64,000 nt of DNA, from contig JBBRCZ010000002.1 in the NCBI GenBank assembly GCA_038204425.1, positions 192,001-256,000 of the forward strand, in the 5' to 3' direction. Origin of the DNA: Spirochaetia bacterium (GTDB lineage: Bacteria; Spirochaetota; Spirochaetia; DSM-27196; Salinispiraceae). Position numbers and translations under genes: made by a program. The notes beneath the pieces were generated by a model, which saw only the letters and a program-made list of their open reading frames with translations, was not told where the DNA came from and ran no database searches. Of this stretch, positions 9,692-18,909 are shown one piece after another (position 1 is the stretch's first letter; each line of letters starts with the position of its first letter).

Positions 9692-11896
9692 ATGAAAATT
9701 GACCTTAAACTGGTGCAGCGCAACGCGCTGAGCGGTGTCTTGGTGTCGTTTGTGGCGTTGCCTCTTGCGGTGGGCTTTGGTGTCGCAGCGTTTGCGCCCC
9801 TCGGTCCGGCTTACGCACCCATGGGTGCAGTTGCCGGTCTGATTGGCGCTATCATGAGCGGTTTTTTTGCATCTCTTGCCGGTGGCTGTCCTTCGCAAGT
9901 TACCGGGCCAACAGGTCCCATGTCGGTGGTGGCTCGTACGGCTATTGCTACTATTATTGCTGCACCACACCTAGCGTCACTGCCTGAGGATCAGCGTGTG
10001 GCGGTTACACTCTTTCTATTTGGAGTAACCGTTCTGCTCGGTGGCGTGGTTGAAGTCTTGCTTGGTGTTTCCCGCGTGGGCCAGCTGATCCGCTACATTC
10101 CTTATCCAGTGTTGGCCGGATTTATGAACGGTGTATCAATTCTTGTGGTCGTAACCCAGATCCGCCCGCTCTTGGGCGTAGCCAGCAACACACCCTGGTC
10201 GGAACTCGTTGCAGGGTGGTCTGTCGAACAAAGTGCAGTACTTGTGGTGGGTGTGGTTGCGGCACTGGCAACTTGGATTTTGCCAAAATTTTCGCGCCGA
10301 CTTCCGGGAGCTTTGCTGGCACTTACCTTGGGTACCGCGTTATTCCTTGCTCTGGGTAACGCTTGGTTGCCCAAACTTATAGAAGGAGAGACCAACCTCT
10401 GGATCGTTGGCACCATTCCTTCTGTGGTACCACTACCACAGTTGTTGCTGGCTCTGCCAAAGGTGATCGGGGATCTTAAACTTGACTTGCTAGGATTGAT
10501 ATTACAGCAGGCTGTGCTTTTGGGTTTGCTGGGCGCAATTGATACCTTGCTTACTTCACTTATTGCGGACTTTAAAACACACACACGTCACAACAGCAAT
10601 CGAGAACTGATGGGACAAGGCCTTGGTAACATCATCTCCGGGCTTTTTGGCGGCTTGCCGGGAGCAGGTGCAACCGTCCGTACTCTGGTAAACATTGACA
10701 ATGGTGGCAGCAATAAGATTGCCGGCATGGTTCATGCGCTGGTTCTGCTTTCTATCCTTGTTTTTTTGGGGCCGCTCGCACGTTGGATACCTTTGGCTGC
10801 ACTTGCAGGAGTTCTGCTGGTGACCGCGTTTAAAATGATTGATGTCTGGAGTGTTTCAATGGCGCGCAAACGTTCCTTGCGCGAAGATAGTATCGTCTTG
10901 TGGTCGGTTACAGCGCTTACCGTCGCTGTTGACCTTGTTTTTGCCGTTGCCATAGGGCTTGCACTTGCTGGTGCGCTTTATATAAAAAATCAAACCAAGA
11001 CAAGCGTTATTCACCGCTTGAGTACTGGTGCAGTAATGCGCTCACGGCGCAAAAGAAGCGAGAACCAAACTGCGCTACTCGACAGTCTTGCCGAGCCAAT
11101 TCGCATTGCTCAACTCGAAGGCAGTCTCTTTTTTGGCACTGCTGATGACTTTCTCGCCGAGTTTAACCGATCCTTGGTACAGGGGCGCATTCTGATTCTA
11201 GATCTTGCGCGAGTCCGATCGATTGACCTGACAGGCGGACGCCTGCTCGGCGACTTGTACGACCGAGTAATAGCTGGGGGGGCACGGCTGGTGTTTTCTG
11301 GTTTAGCTGAAAAAGCCCCGCTGCGTCGTTTCTTGCAAGAACTTGGTCTTGCCAAAGATGACCAACTCTGGTTCCCGACGCTTGATGCAGCGCTGGAAGA
11401 TGCAGAGAATACCTTGCTGGTCCAACATGATGCTTTTGAGCACAAAAGCTCTGACCAAGTAGGAATTGCGGACTTTTATGCCTGCGCAGGCTTTGATCAT
11501 AAAGATTGCACCGCCTTGGGAAGCTATCTTGTGCGTGGGACAGCAGCGACAGGTGACTTGCTCTTTGAAGCAGGAAAAGCGAGTGATCAAATATGGTTTA
11601 TTGTGTCCGGTCAGGTAGAAGTCTTTCTGCAAGGCCAGTATGGAGCCATGGAAGTAAGCGTCTACACTGCAGCTTGCCATTGCGGGGCGGCTGCCTTTAT
11701 CGAGCAGCACGTGCGCGCCTACGGAGCCCGAGTGAGGGAAGAGCTAAGCTTTATGCGCCTTGACCGTGCCGAATTTCAACGCATGAGCCAGCAAGAACCC
11801 GAGCTTGCACTTAGACTACTAGGTAATCTTTCCCACGAACTTGCCCAACGGCTATCGCACGCAGTACAAGAAAATCGAATGCTTGCTGCAACCTAA
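9692..11896 (+). CDS. SulP family anion transporter with STAS and C-terminal cyclic-nucleotide-binding domain
   Basis: VALPLAVGFG, GPTGP, NRELMGQGLGN, GATVRT; STAS EGSLFFG...SIDLTG; C-terminal cNMP-like LFEAGKASDQIWFIVSGQVEV. Confidence 0.9.
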   Translation: MKIDLKLVQRNALSGVLVSFVALPLAVGFGVAAFAPLGPAYAPMGAVAGLIGAIMSGFFASLAGGCPSQVTGPTGPMSVVARTAIATIIAAPHLASLPEDQRVAVTLFLFGVTVLLGGVVEVLLGVSRVGQLIRYIPYPVLAGFMNGVSILVVVTQIRPLLGVASNTPWSELVAGWSVEQSAVLVVGVVAALATWILPKFSRRLPGALLALTLGTALFLALGNAWLPKLIEGETNLWIVGTIPSVVPLPQLLLALPKVIGDLKLDLLGLILQQAVLLGLLGAIDTLLTSLIADFKTHTRHNSNRELMGQGLGNIISGLFGGLPGAGATVRTLVNIDNGGSNKIAGMVHALVLLSILVFLGPLARWIPLAALAGVLLVTAFKMIDVWSVSMARKRSLREDSIVLWSVTALTVAVDLVFAVAIGLALAGALYIKNQTKTSVIHRLSTGAVMRSRRKRSENQTALLDSLAEPIRIAQLEGSLFFGTADDFLAEFNRSLVQGRILILDLARVRSIDLTGGRLLGDLYDRVIAGGARLVFSGLAEKAPLRRFLQELGLAKDDQLWFPTLDAALEDAENTLLVQHDAFEHKSSDQVGIADFYACAGFDHKDCTALGSYLVRGTAATGDLLFEAGKASDQIWFIVSGQVEVFLQGQYGAMEVSVYTAACHCGAAAFIEQHVRAYGARVREELSFMRLDRAEFQRMSQQEPELALRLLGNLSHELAQRLSHAVQENRMLAAT

Positions 11897-11899
11897 AAA

Positions 11900-12265
11900 T
11901 TGGCAGTGATTTCTGCGATCGCCGCAAAAATAGGTTGTACGGCCCTGACGCTTCGACAGTGGGTGGAGCAGTCGGAGAAAGACCAAGGGTTACAAGAAGG
12001 CTTAACGACCGGTGAGCGGGAGCAACTGAGGCAAGTTCCGCAGGAAAATAAAGAACTCAATCGTTTGAACTCCTTGCGTATCGTCTTGAAATACAAGGAG
12101 TTGTGAGAGGAAAGGTGCAACGTGAGTTGTATGCTGATAGACCCAACCAACTATGGGCGGGATTTGTCTCTATGGCTTTCGCAATTGATGCGTTTTCACC
12201 AACAAGTTCTGACCTTAGTTGCCGGACTTAATTAAAAAAGGCTCCGTTAAACCCGGGGTGGTTCA
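11900..12265 (+). mobile_element. IS3-family (IS51/IS6110-like) remnant, internally deleted
   Basis: OrfA-like IAAKIGCTALTLRQWV...GLTTGEREQL; OrfB scraps (PNQLW, GFVSMAFAIDAF); IS3-type right end CTCCGTTAAACCCGGGGTGGTTCA ending at 12265. Confidence 0.8.
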
Positions 12266-12395
12266 ATGCCGAATACTTAGCCGAGGACTTGCTTTTGGAT
12301 CATTGGCGACTTCGTAAACGGTTGGTCCACTTCCGTCTTGAGTCTTGCGGACAGTTGAAGCTCTGAACCCTATGGAATACTTCATTCAGTTTCGC

Positions 12396-12431
12396 CCTCC
12401 TACTGGCGAAAACTATCTTGACAGGTATTGC
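12396..12431 (+). repeat. Direct repeat copy 1 (att-like) at the island boundary
   Basis: cctcctactggcgaaaactatcttgacaggtattgc; 32/36 identical to 20408-20443. Confidence 0.8.
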
Positions 12432-12509
12432 ACAGGCAAGGGATCGTTGCGGAAATTTTCTGGGGCAATAGCCTACCAAATACAGCTTCCTATATTTTTG
12501 TAATACCCA

Positions 12510-12538
12510 TTGACAAATCCTATGGTAGATTCTATGCT
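12510..12538 (+). promoter_or_regulatory. Sigma70-type promoter
   Basis: TTGACA-17 bp-TATGCT, upstream of RBS GGGGGAGG and ATG 12561. Confidence 0.65.
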
Positions 12539-12560
12539 TGGAAAAAGAAAGGGGGAGGGA

Positions 12561-13121
12561 ATGACCATGCATTCTATAAAAGTCGAAAAAATAGTCAATG
12601 AACTCACTAGAGAAATAGTTGACTACAATTTCCCTACATTTGGTGATCTGTATAGCACTCAGTTAGAATTTTGGGCGGCGATAAAAAAATTTCATCGTGA
12701 TATTCTCGATTATGCAAGAACTATTATTGATAAGGAGGCTACGGACAAAGAAGACGAAGTTCTTAATGGTGATCCAGAAAGTCATTATACAAGGCTTGCT
12801 GAGAAAGCGCGATTGAGTAACAGGCAAGTCAAAAAATATATCGACGCATGCGTCGAAAACAGTGAAGCACTTTTTTTAGACCACCCGTTACCCTTTGTCT
12901 TGGATCAAAAAATTGCTAGCGGACGAGTAGAATTTAAGTATCGAGGCAGAGGTTTTTTTGCCAATTATGACGTGCAAGGTTTTCTCGATGGTCATAAACC
13001 GGTGGAGAACCCCGCTATTTATTCTTTTGATGCCACCTATCATGAATATCGTGATCACGGAAAAATTCATAGGGACCATGCACCTGCGGTAAGAATTGAC
13101 TATCCCGCGACACTTACTTAA
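12561..13121 (+). CDS. Hypothetical protein with C-terminal GKIHRD-PA module (paralog of 15243 and 15527 ORFs)
   Basis: Strong RBS; PAIYSFDATYHEYRDHGKIHRDHAPAV. Confidence 0.7.
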   Translation: MTMHSIKVEKIVNELTREIVDYNFPTFGDLYSTQLEFWAAIKKFHRDILDYARTIIDKEATDKEDEVLNGDPESHYTRLAEKARLSNRQVKKYIDACVENSEALFLDHPLPFVLDQKIASGRVEFKYRGRGFFANYDVQGFLDGHKPVENPAIYSFDATYHEYRDHGKIHRDHAPAVRIDYPATLT

Positions 13122-13231
13122 ACTTGCTTACAGACAATTTACCTTAGGTTTTTTGATATTTGTTGGCAGATTTTGGTATCCCGGTTCTAATGGCGCATGA
13201 TTTCGTTGCAAAAATAAAGGAGAAGTATCGT

Positions 13232-13846
13232 ATGAAAATAGTTTTTAAGGGTATTGTTTTGATTACCGTGTTGTCTATGGTTTTGGCTATGTCTGGCTGT
13301 TTTACTCTCGCGTCCAATCTAATCTTAAAAAATTAAGTTTATGAAGTCAAGTCCGATAGTGGCATAGTCTACGCTGTAGCCCAGTTTGAGGTTTACAGAG
13401 TACTGTTTTCTTTTGCCAAAATGCGCATAGGTGTTAACAAAGCTGCACCTCAAGATGGGGTTAGCATTTGGTTAAAGTATGCGCATAGTTCTGACATTTA
13501 TTTTGGGGCTGTCACCTTTGATGTGGATGGCATAAAAACCAAATTGGTGGAACTAAGCAAATCCCAGGCAACACGTGTTGATGAATTGTACGTGGGAGAA
13601 GGATTCTTTGGCTTTAGCGCAGAGACTATTGCCGAGGATGTTAAGGGCAAACTCAAAGATCTTGTGGATTCGATAGTTAATGGCAAAAAAGTTTCGGTCA
13701 AAGTTGAATGCGATTACAATGCATCTAGTCTCAAACTAGGTAGACAAAAGAATGCTCAAACTTATACCTTTACTGCAAATGATCAAATGATTCTTGCTGA
13801 CTGGTCCACCAGAATAGGCTCACCAGTTCCTGCTCAGTCCCAATAG
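13232..13846 (+). pseudogene. Lipoprotein interrupted by a single in-frame TAA
   Basis: RBS AAGGAG, MKIVFKGIVLITVLSMVLAMSG-C lipobox; TAA at 13334-13336, after which the same frame continues into the 13421-13846 ORF. Confidence 0.75.
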
Positions 13847-13868
13847 TTCCTAATAAATAGAACCAAGC

Positions 13869-13913
13869 AATCAGAATGTCTCATACAAGACATTCTGATT
13901 TTTTTGCTTTTTT
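13869..13913 (+). terminator. Intrinsic terminator between convergent genes
   Basis: AATCAGAATGTCT-cataca-AGACATTCTGATT perfect 13-bp stem followed by T-runs. Confidence 0.85.
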
Positions 13914-14912
13914 TTACTCATTTTTGTTGAGCAATATTTGCAGTCCATCAAGTACTATCAATAAATTCTGATCGGTATTCCTTTTGTAAGCATCGTCTTT
14001 ATCAACTCTTGGACCGGTTACATCTGGTTTTTTTTTACCAAAGCACCAAATGCCGTTAAGCGGCAAACCTATCAATTCTGATTTTAATTCTCCATCTTCG
14101 TTTTTAAGATAGCTAGCTTTGACTCTTCTAACGGGGTTAAAGCGTCTTAAGGTAAATTCTTGTGCGTTGCCAGGGTCCTTGGTCGATTGAAACAGAAGAT
14201 CAACGGCAATCTCGCGCACCAACTCGATCTGTTTTTCTACGTTTTTAAAAAAATAGCGGCCTTCATCGTTTTGAGTCATTAAGCTATTTTGCTCTGACTT
14301 TTGAGAAGCACTACATTCTTTAAGAAAAGCACTAGGAATTGACTGGCTATGATTAATGAGCTCTATCAAATGAGGTTGCTTCTGAATCAAAATCAAACCC
14401 AACCAGCTTGTACCTTGTTGTTGTAAAAATCTAGTCAGTAGACTATTGATCTGATAGAAATCAGGTCCGTTGTAACCGTCGCTAGTGTAGGTAAAGTACC
14501 GGTCTATTTTTTTAGTAAGCGACGACAAATGTTCTTTCCAGCTTGACCCACTAGCTCCAAGATACACCCGTATCGAATCTACATTTTTTAAAATGCTGGG
14601 GCAGCGATAGTTTGGAGGGATGCTCGTATTGACAATAGGTTTTCCAATTTGCTTGACTAGGTATTTATCGATGCTTTTCGTAATGGACTGCCAATGGTCC
14701 AGCAAAACCTGTACGTTTTCGTCTTCTCCGGCATATTTTATAGAATAGGCGTCCTTAAATTCGTTTGAATGGGGTGCATTGTAAAGTACAGATGTTTTTT
14801 CAAATTTAAACGCGTTATTTTTTAGGTCGTCAATTTCTTTAAAGCAATCCAAAACATAAAAATCGTTGTTCCTAATACTGCGTCTTGTTCCTTCATATTT
14901 TCTGTTTCGCAT
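13914..14912 (-). CDS. Hypothetical protein, possible remote Tus (replication terminus site-binding protein) homolog
   Basis: Intact 332-aa ORF; collinear motif similarity to E. coli Tus judged by eye (see findings). Confidence 0.55.
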   Translation of the reverse strand: MRNRKYEGTRRSIRNNDFYVLDCFKEIDDLKNNAFKFEKTSVLYNAPHSNEFKDAYSIKYAGEDENVQVLLDHWQSITKSIDKYLVKQIGKPIVNTSIPPNYRCPSILKNVDSIRVYLGASGSSWKEHLSSLTKKIDRYFTYTSDGYNGPDFYQINSLLTRFLQQQGTSWLGLILIQKQPHLIELINHSQSIPSAFLKECSASQKSEQNSLMTQNDEGRYFFKNVEKQIELVREIAVDLLFQSTKDPGNAQEFTLRRFNPVRRVKASYLKNEDGELKSELIGLPLNGIWCFGKKKPDVTGPRVDKDDAYKRNTDQNLLIVLDGLQILLNKNE

Positions 14913-15204
14913 TTCGTATTATCTCAATTATCGTAAATAAATCAAGTGCTAAAACCAGAAGCACTAGGTGCATTCAAACAGCCATTTTTCGTCCCGTGTA
15001 TATCGTCTTGTAATACCCTTAAAGTATACTGCCCGATGAGGTATCTTAGTCTCCAGAAGGTGGCGATAGAGCAGGGCTCTAATGAAATAGAGGTACTCTT
15101 GGAGATACTGGTCTCAGTTGTGATAACTAAGTATTTCCCTAGGTTACCAGCTTAGCCTATTTAAACAACTTTAGAATGGCATTTAAGCTTGGATCAATAC
15201 TACT

Positions 15205-15500
15205 AAAAAGAAGCAAAAGAGAACCAAGAGCCTTTTATTGGTATGCACAGCTATAAGTGTGGGGACAAACTCTATTTTGTTCACGGCAATACAGATGGTC
15301 TTTTTGAAGATTGTGATGACCAAGATCTTCTGGCTATATTTGATCTAGATTGCACCTATAGCGAATATCAAAAAAATGGATATTTGCACAGGGAGGATAG
15401 ACTGCCAGCTGGCATAGTCTGGTATGACGCTCAAATTTGAGAAAATTTTTGGGTAGATCATAAAAAAATTGATTCGCATGAAACAGAAATTCCAATATAA
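15205..15500 (+). pseudogene. Broken paralog of the 12561/15527 family
   Basis: KEAKENQEPFIGMHSYK...AIFDLDCTYSEYQKNGYLHREDRLPA; in-frame TGA at 15438-15440 followed by ENFWVDHKKI, matching the EHWINN end of 15527. Confidence 0.65.
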
Positions 15501-15526
15501 TTAATCAAAAAAACAGGAGGTGCTAA

Positions 15527-15901
15527 ATGGGAGCACTAACATACAAGGAACCAGAACAATCAAACTCAAGCAGTCGATTTTTGTATTTACAGCAATTTCT
15601 AAAAGAGGACAAGACACCAATGATGGGCAGCGTCACTTACAAGGACCCAAAGAATGGTGTCGAGTACGTTCTCCAACTGGACAGAGATGGCTATGTGCAT
15701 GGCCACGAAGAAGGTGACATTCCTGCTATTAAGAGCAAAGATGGAACCTATGCAGAATTTCGCAACCACGGCAAACTGCACCGAGGCTTTCAACGCCCAG
15801 CAATAGTTATTGAAACAGAAACCGAGTTAATCCAAGAACACTGGATCAATAATGTTGTTACCTTAATCAAACATTACGACAAGAGCAAGATCAAAGTTTG
15901 A
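15527..15901 (+). CDS. Hypothetical protein with GKLHR-PA module
   Basis: RBS AGGAGG; PAIKSKDGTYAEFRNHGKLHRGFQRPAIV; internal duplication MGALTYKEP / MGSVTYKDP. Confidence 0.75.
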   Translation: MGALTYKEPEQSNSSSRFLYLQQFLKEDKTPMMGSVTYKDPKNGVEYVLQLDRDGYVHGHEEGDIPAIKSKDGTYAEFRNHGKLHRGFQRPAIVIETETELIQEHWINNVVTLIKHYDKSKIKV

Positions 15902-15911
15902 AAGATGATGG

Positions 15912-16243
15912 TGTCTATCGTAACATTAAATTACCTAAAAATATTAAACTGGCATGGACAAAAACGTCGTCGGAGTTCTCCCTATTAATCTTGGAAAATG
16001 GTATTAGACGACGAACCCTGTACAATAGGTATATGCGGGGAGAGAGATACGCTTAATATTAACCAGTCTGACCAAATTAAAGAACTACAAAGGGCAAGAT
16101 TTGCACCTTCCGAAATCGCTGAACGAGGGGATGTTAACCGTAAAACGGTGAACAAATACATGATTATCGTTGACTACAGGCCAACTTTAGAAAACCAGAA
16201 AGTAGAAAAATCTAAGTTTGCCCGTTTGATACAAGCGCGGTAA
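15912..16243 (+). mobile_element. IS21-family remnant (putative left end plus N-terminal IstA HTH)
   Basis: QIKELQRARFAPSEIAERGDVNRKTVNKYM is a typical IstA N-terminus; TGTCTATCG at 15912 is a possible IRL. Confidence 0.65.
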
Positions 16244-16359
16244 ATTGCACAGGATACCTTGCTCCTGATGGCACTTTAGTAATTCACAACCCTGCAATCA
16301 CTGATAAAGGAACGATGTTTAGACCAAAAAACGCGCAAGAATATTTTGATGCACATTGA
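16225..16359 (+). pseudogene. C-terminal tip of a polymorphic (CdiA/Rhs-type) toxin domain
   Basis: Frame reads TGYLAPDGTLVIHNPAITDKGTMFRPKNAQEYFDAH*; no start codon. Confidence 0.5.
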
Positions 16360-16382
16360 AAAATTTTAAAGCATCCAGTTTT

Positions 16383-17777
16383 TTATACATGTTTTCCTCC
16401 TCGATTCGATACGGGAAGAAGTTTAAGATCCGCGAATAACCACGGAACCATTTCTCCGACGGTTGGGTGAGGGATGACTGTATTCTGCAAAGTGGAGTAT
16501 GGAAGACCTGCCTGTATTGCAAGGGCGAGCATACCGATAACTTCGTCTCCTCCCACTCCAAATATGGTTGCCCCTAGGAGTTTTCCGCTGCTCTTTTCTA
16601 CCACTACTTTCATTGTACCCAGCGTCTCTGCTTTCTCTTTTGCCCGGCTTACCAAACTCATCGGCATGGTTCCTACAAGCGCATCGATTCCCTTTTCGGC
16701 TGCCTCTGTTTCGTTCATTCCCACGCGGGCAAGGGGCGGATCTATGTACATCACATAGGTCCTAGTTCTGTCAGAAATGCGCCGCTTCCCCTGTTTGAAA
16801 AAATGATCCAGAAACACCTGTCCATCGTGGACGGAGGTGTGGGTAAAGGCTCCCTTTCCGTTAACATCACCCAGGGCATAGATATGTTTCTTGCTTGTCC
16901 GGCCGTAATCGTCCACAGAAATATATCCGTTTTTATCCGTCTCTATGCCCGCCGCACTAAGATTTAACTCTGCGCTTGAGGGGATGCGTCCTGTTGCCAT
17001 AAGAATATGGGTGCCCGTGATTTCATGTTCATCTTTTCCCTGGGCATACCGAAGGATTATTTTTTTTCCTTTTTGCTCTACATACAAGGGCGAACTGTTA
17101 AGGTGGAAATCCATACCCTCGGCTTCCAGAAGTTCCTGAGCGATCGTACTTATTTCAGGATCTTCACGGTAAACTATGCGCTCGCCATGTTCGAATACGG
17201 TCACTCTGCTGCCAAAGCGTCGGAATGCCTGACCGAATTCCAGGCCGATGTAGGATCCTCCCACGATGAGAAGATGTTCCGGAAGTTCCTTCAGATCAAG
17301 AATACCCCTGTTGTTAAGCCAGGGAATGGTATTAATTCCGAGAATGTCCGGTTTCCTCGCGCGTGTTCCCGTATGGATTATGATTGCTTCCCCCCGGATC
17401 GTAGATTCTCCGACAGCTACCGTGTGCTCATCGATGAAACGTCCTTGGGCGGGGTAGAAGTCACTTACCTCTTCAAGCCACTTTCTGAAGCCCGAAGTGG
17501 CGTCATTACGGATTGCATTGACCCGTTCCATTACCCCTGCGAAGTTGATCTGCATCTTGGGAACCTCAATTCCAAAATCGTCGGAGCGGCGGACCATCCG
17601 TGCCACCCGTGCACTTGCAACTAAGGCCTTGGTCGGGGTGCATCCCCAGTTCACGCAAGTCCCACCCACTCGGTCTTCTTCTATAATGGCAACGGAAAGT
17701 TTCTCCTTGAGTATTTTGGGAAGAATGGTTCCCGTGGCCTGTCCCGTTCCTATAAGAATTACATCGTATGATTTCAT
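16383..17777 (-). CDS. FAD-dependent pyridine nucleotide-disulfide oxidoreductase (mercuric reductase/Lpd-like, no MerA C-terminal Cys pair)
   Basis: GTGQA, GGTCVNWGCTPTK, GGSYIGLEF, ALGDV, HPT; RBS AAGGAGG before ATG 17777. Confidence 0.9.
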   Translation of the reverse strand: MKSYDVILIGTGQATGTILPKILKEKLSVAIIEEDRVGGTCVNWGCTPTKALVASARVARMVRRSDDFGIEVPKMQINFAGVMERVNAIRNDATSGFRKWLEEVSDFYPAQGRFIDEHTVAVGESTIRGEAIIIHTGTRARKPDILGINTIPWLNNRGILDLKELPEHLLIVGGSYIGLEFGQAFRRFGSRVTVFEHGERIVYREDPEISTIAQELLEAEGMDFHLNSSPLYVEQKGKKIILRYAQGKDEHEITGTHILMATGRIPSSAELNLSAAGIETDKNGYISVDDYGRTSKKHIYALGDVNGKGAFTHTSVHDGQVFLDHFFKQGKRRISDRTRTYVMYIDPPLARVGMNETEAAEKGIDALVGTMPMSLVSRAKEKAETLGTMKVVVEKSSGKLLGATIFGVGGDEVIGMLALAIQAGLPYSTLQNTVIPHPTVGEMVPWLFADLKLLPVSNRGGKHV

Positions 17778-17884
17778 GTAGCCTCCTTTTTCGGCAGAAG
17801 AATGTTGTACCCCAAGGTTTGCCGGACATTCGATGATGACCGTTTTACTATCAACCAAGTTACAGCTTTGGTTACCGCAACAGT

Positions 17885-18772
17885 TCAATCCGCACTGTCG
17901 GCTTCATCCATAAGCAACGTGCGAACCGACTGTAATTCTTTAAGTCGATCCTGATTTACTTCCGGGTAACTCATACCAAGCCCATTCAGCGTTTCGATGA
18001 TAATTTTGGAGACAATCAAACGGGCATTATGCTTATTATCGGCGGGGACAACATACCAAGGCGCTTCCTTTGTGCTGGTTGCACTCAGGCATTCCTGGTA
18101 CGCCGCTTGGTAATTACCCCAAAATTTTCGCTCTTGGATGTCAGCAAGGCTGAATTTCCAGTTCTTGTCTGGCTCATCAATCCGCGCCAGAAAACGATTG
18201 CTCTGTTCCGCTTTGGACAAGTGCAGGAAGAATTTAATAATGCGGGTTCCGTTTTGATAAAGATGATGCTCCATATCAACGATAGAACGAAAGCGCTCTT
18301 TCCAAACAGCCTGCCCGTCGAGCAACTCAATTGGGAGTCCTTGACTGTGAAGAATCTCCGGATGGACGCGGACGATGAGCACATCCTCATAGTAGGAACG
18401 GTTGAAGATCCCGATGCGCCCGCGCTCTGGTAAACGGCGGGTTGTGCGCCAAAGAAAATCATGGTCTAGTTCTTCAGCGGTGGGTTCTTTAAAGCTGAAA
18501 ACCTGGCAACCTTGTGGGTTGACACCGGACATGACGTGCCGGATAGTACCGTCTTTGCCGGCAGCGTCCATACCCTGGAAAATCAACAGCAATGCATATT
18601 GATTGGAGGCATAATGCAAGCGTTGTAGAGAACTCAACTCATCCACGTGTTCTTCCAGAATATTTTTATAATTTTTCTTCGATTTGAAAAAAGGCTTCAC
18701 AATAGTTGGCCATTCCCTCAGTTCTACTCTTTTACCGGCGTGGACACAAAAGTCATCTGATTTAATTTTCAT
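17885..18772 (-). CDS. ppk2: Polyphosphate kinase 2 family (class III-type polyphosphate:nucleotide phosphotransferase)
   Basis: [54 protein letters not shown]. Confidence 0.92.
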   Translation of the reverse strand: MKIKSDDFCVHAGKRVELREWPTIVKPFFKSKKNYKNILEEHVDELSSLQRLHYASNQYALLLIFQGMDAAGKDGTIRHVMSGVNPQGCQVFSFKEPTAEELDHDFLWRTTRRLPERGRIGIFNRSYYEDVLIVRVHPEILHSQGLPIELLDGQAVWKERFRSIVDMEHHLYQNGTRIIKFFLHLSKAEQSNRFLARIDEPDKNWKFSLADIQERKFWGNYQAAYQECLSATSTKEAPWYVVPADNKHNARLIVSKIIIETLNGLGMSYPEVNQDRLKELQSVRTLLMDEADSAD

Positions 18773-18909
18773 AATTACCTCTATTTTTTGGAATGAATTG
18801 TGTAGCTACAGCGTTGAAGTTTTTGGATGCTAGATAATGTGTTTTGACAAGACCTACTTCCAGTTTAACATGCTATAGCCATCCTAGATTCAAGCAACAA
18901 GTACAACGA

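Noticed and set aside
15025..15115. Hammerhead-like CCGATGAG...GAAA in the divergent intergenic region
   Set aside because: The core deviates from CUGAUGA and the three required stems could not be formed
14469..15133. Ter-like strings GTTGTAAC (14469) and GTTGTGATAACTAAGT (~15117)
   Set aside because: Neither matches the full Ter consensus; the first lies inside a coding sequence and is expected by chance
17778..17888. Cys-rich N-terminal extension (MNCCGNQSC...) suggesting a metal-binding MerA
   Set aside because: A strong RBS precedes ATG 17777, the extension starts at TTG, and MerA C-terminal cysteines are absent
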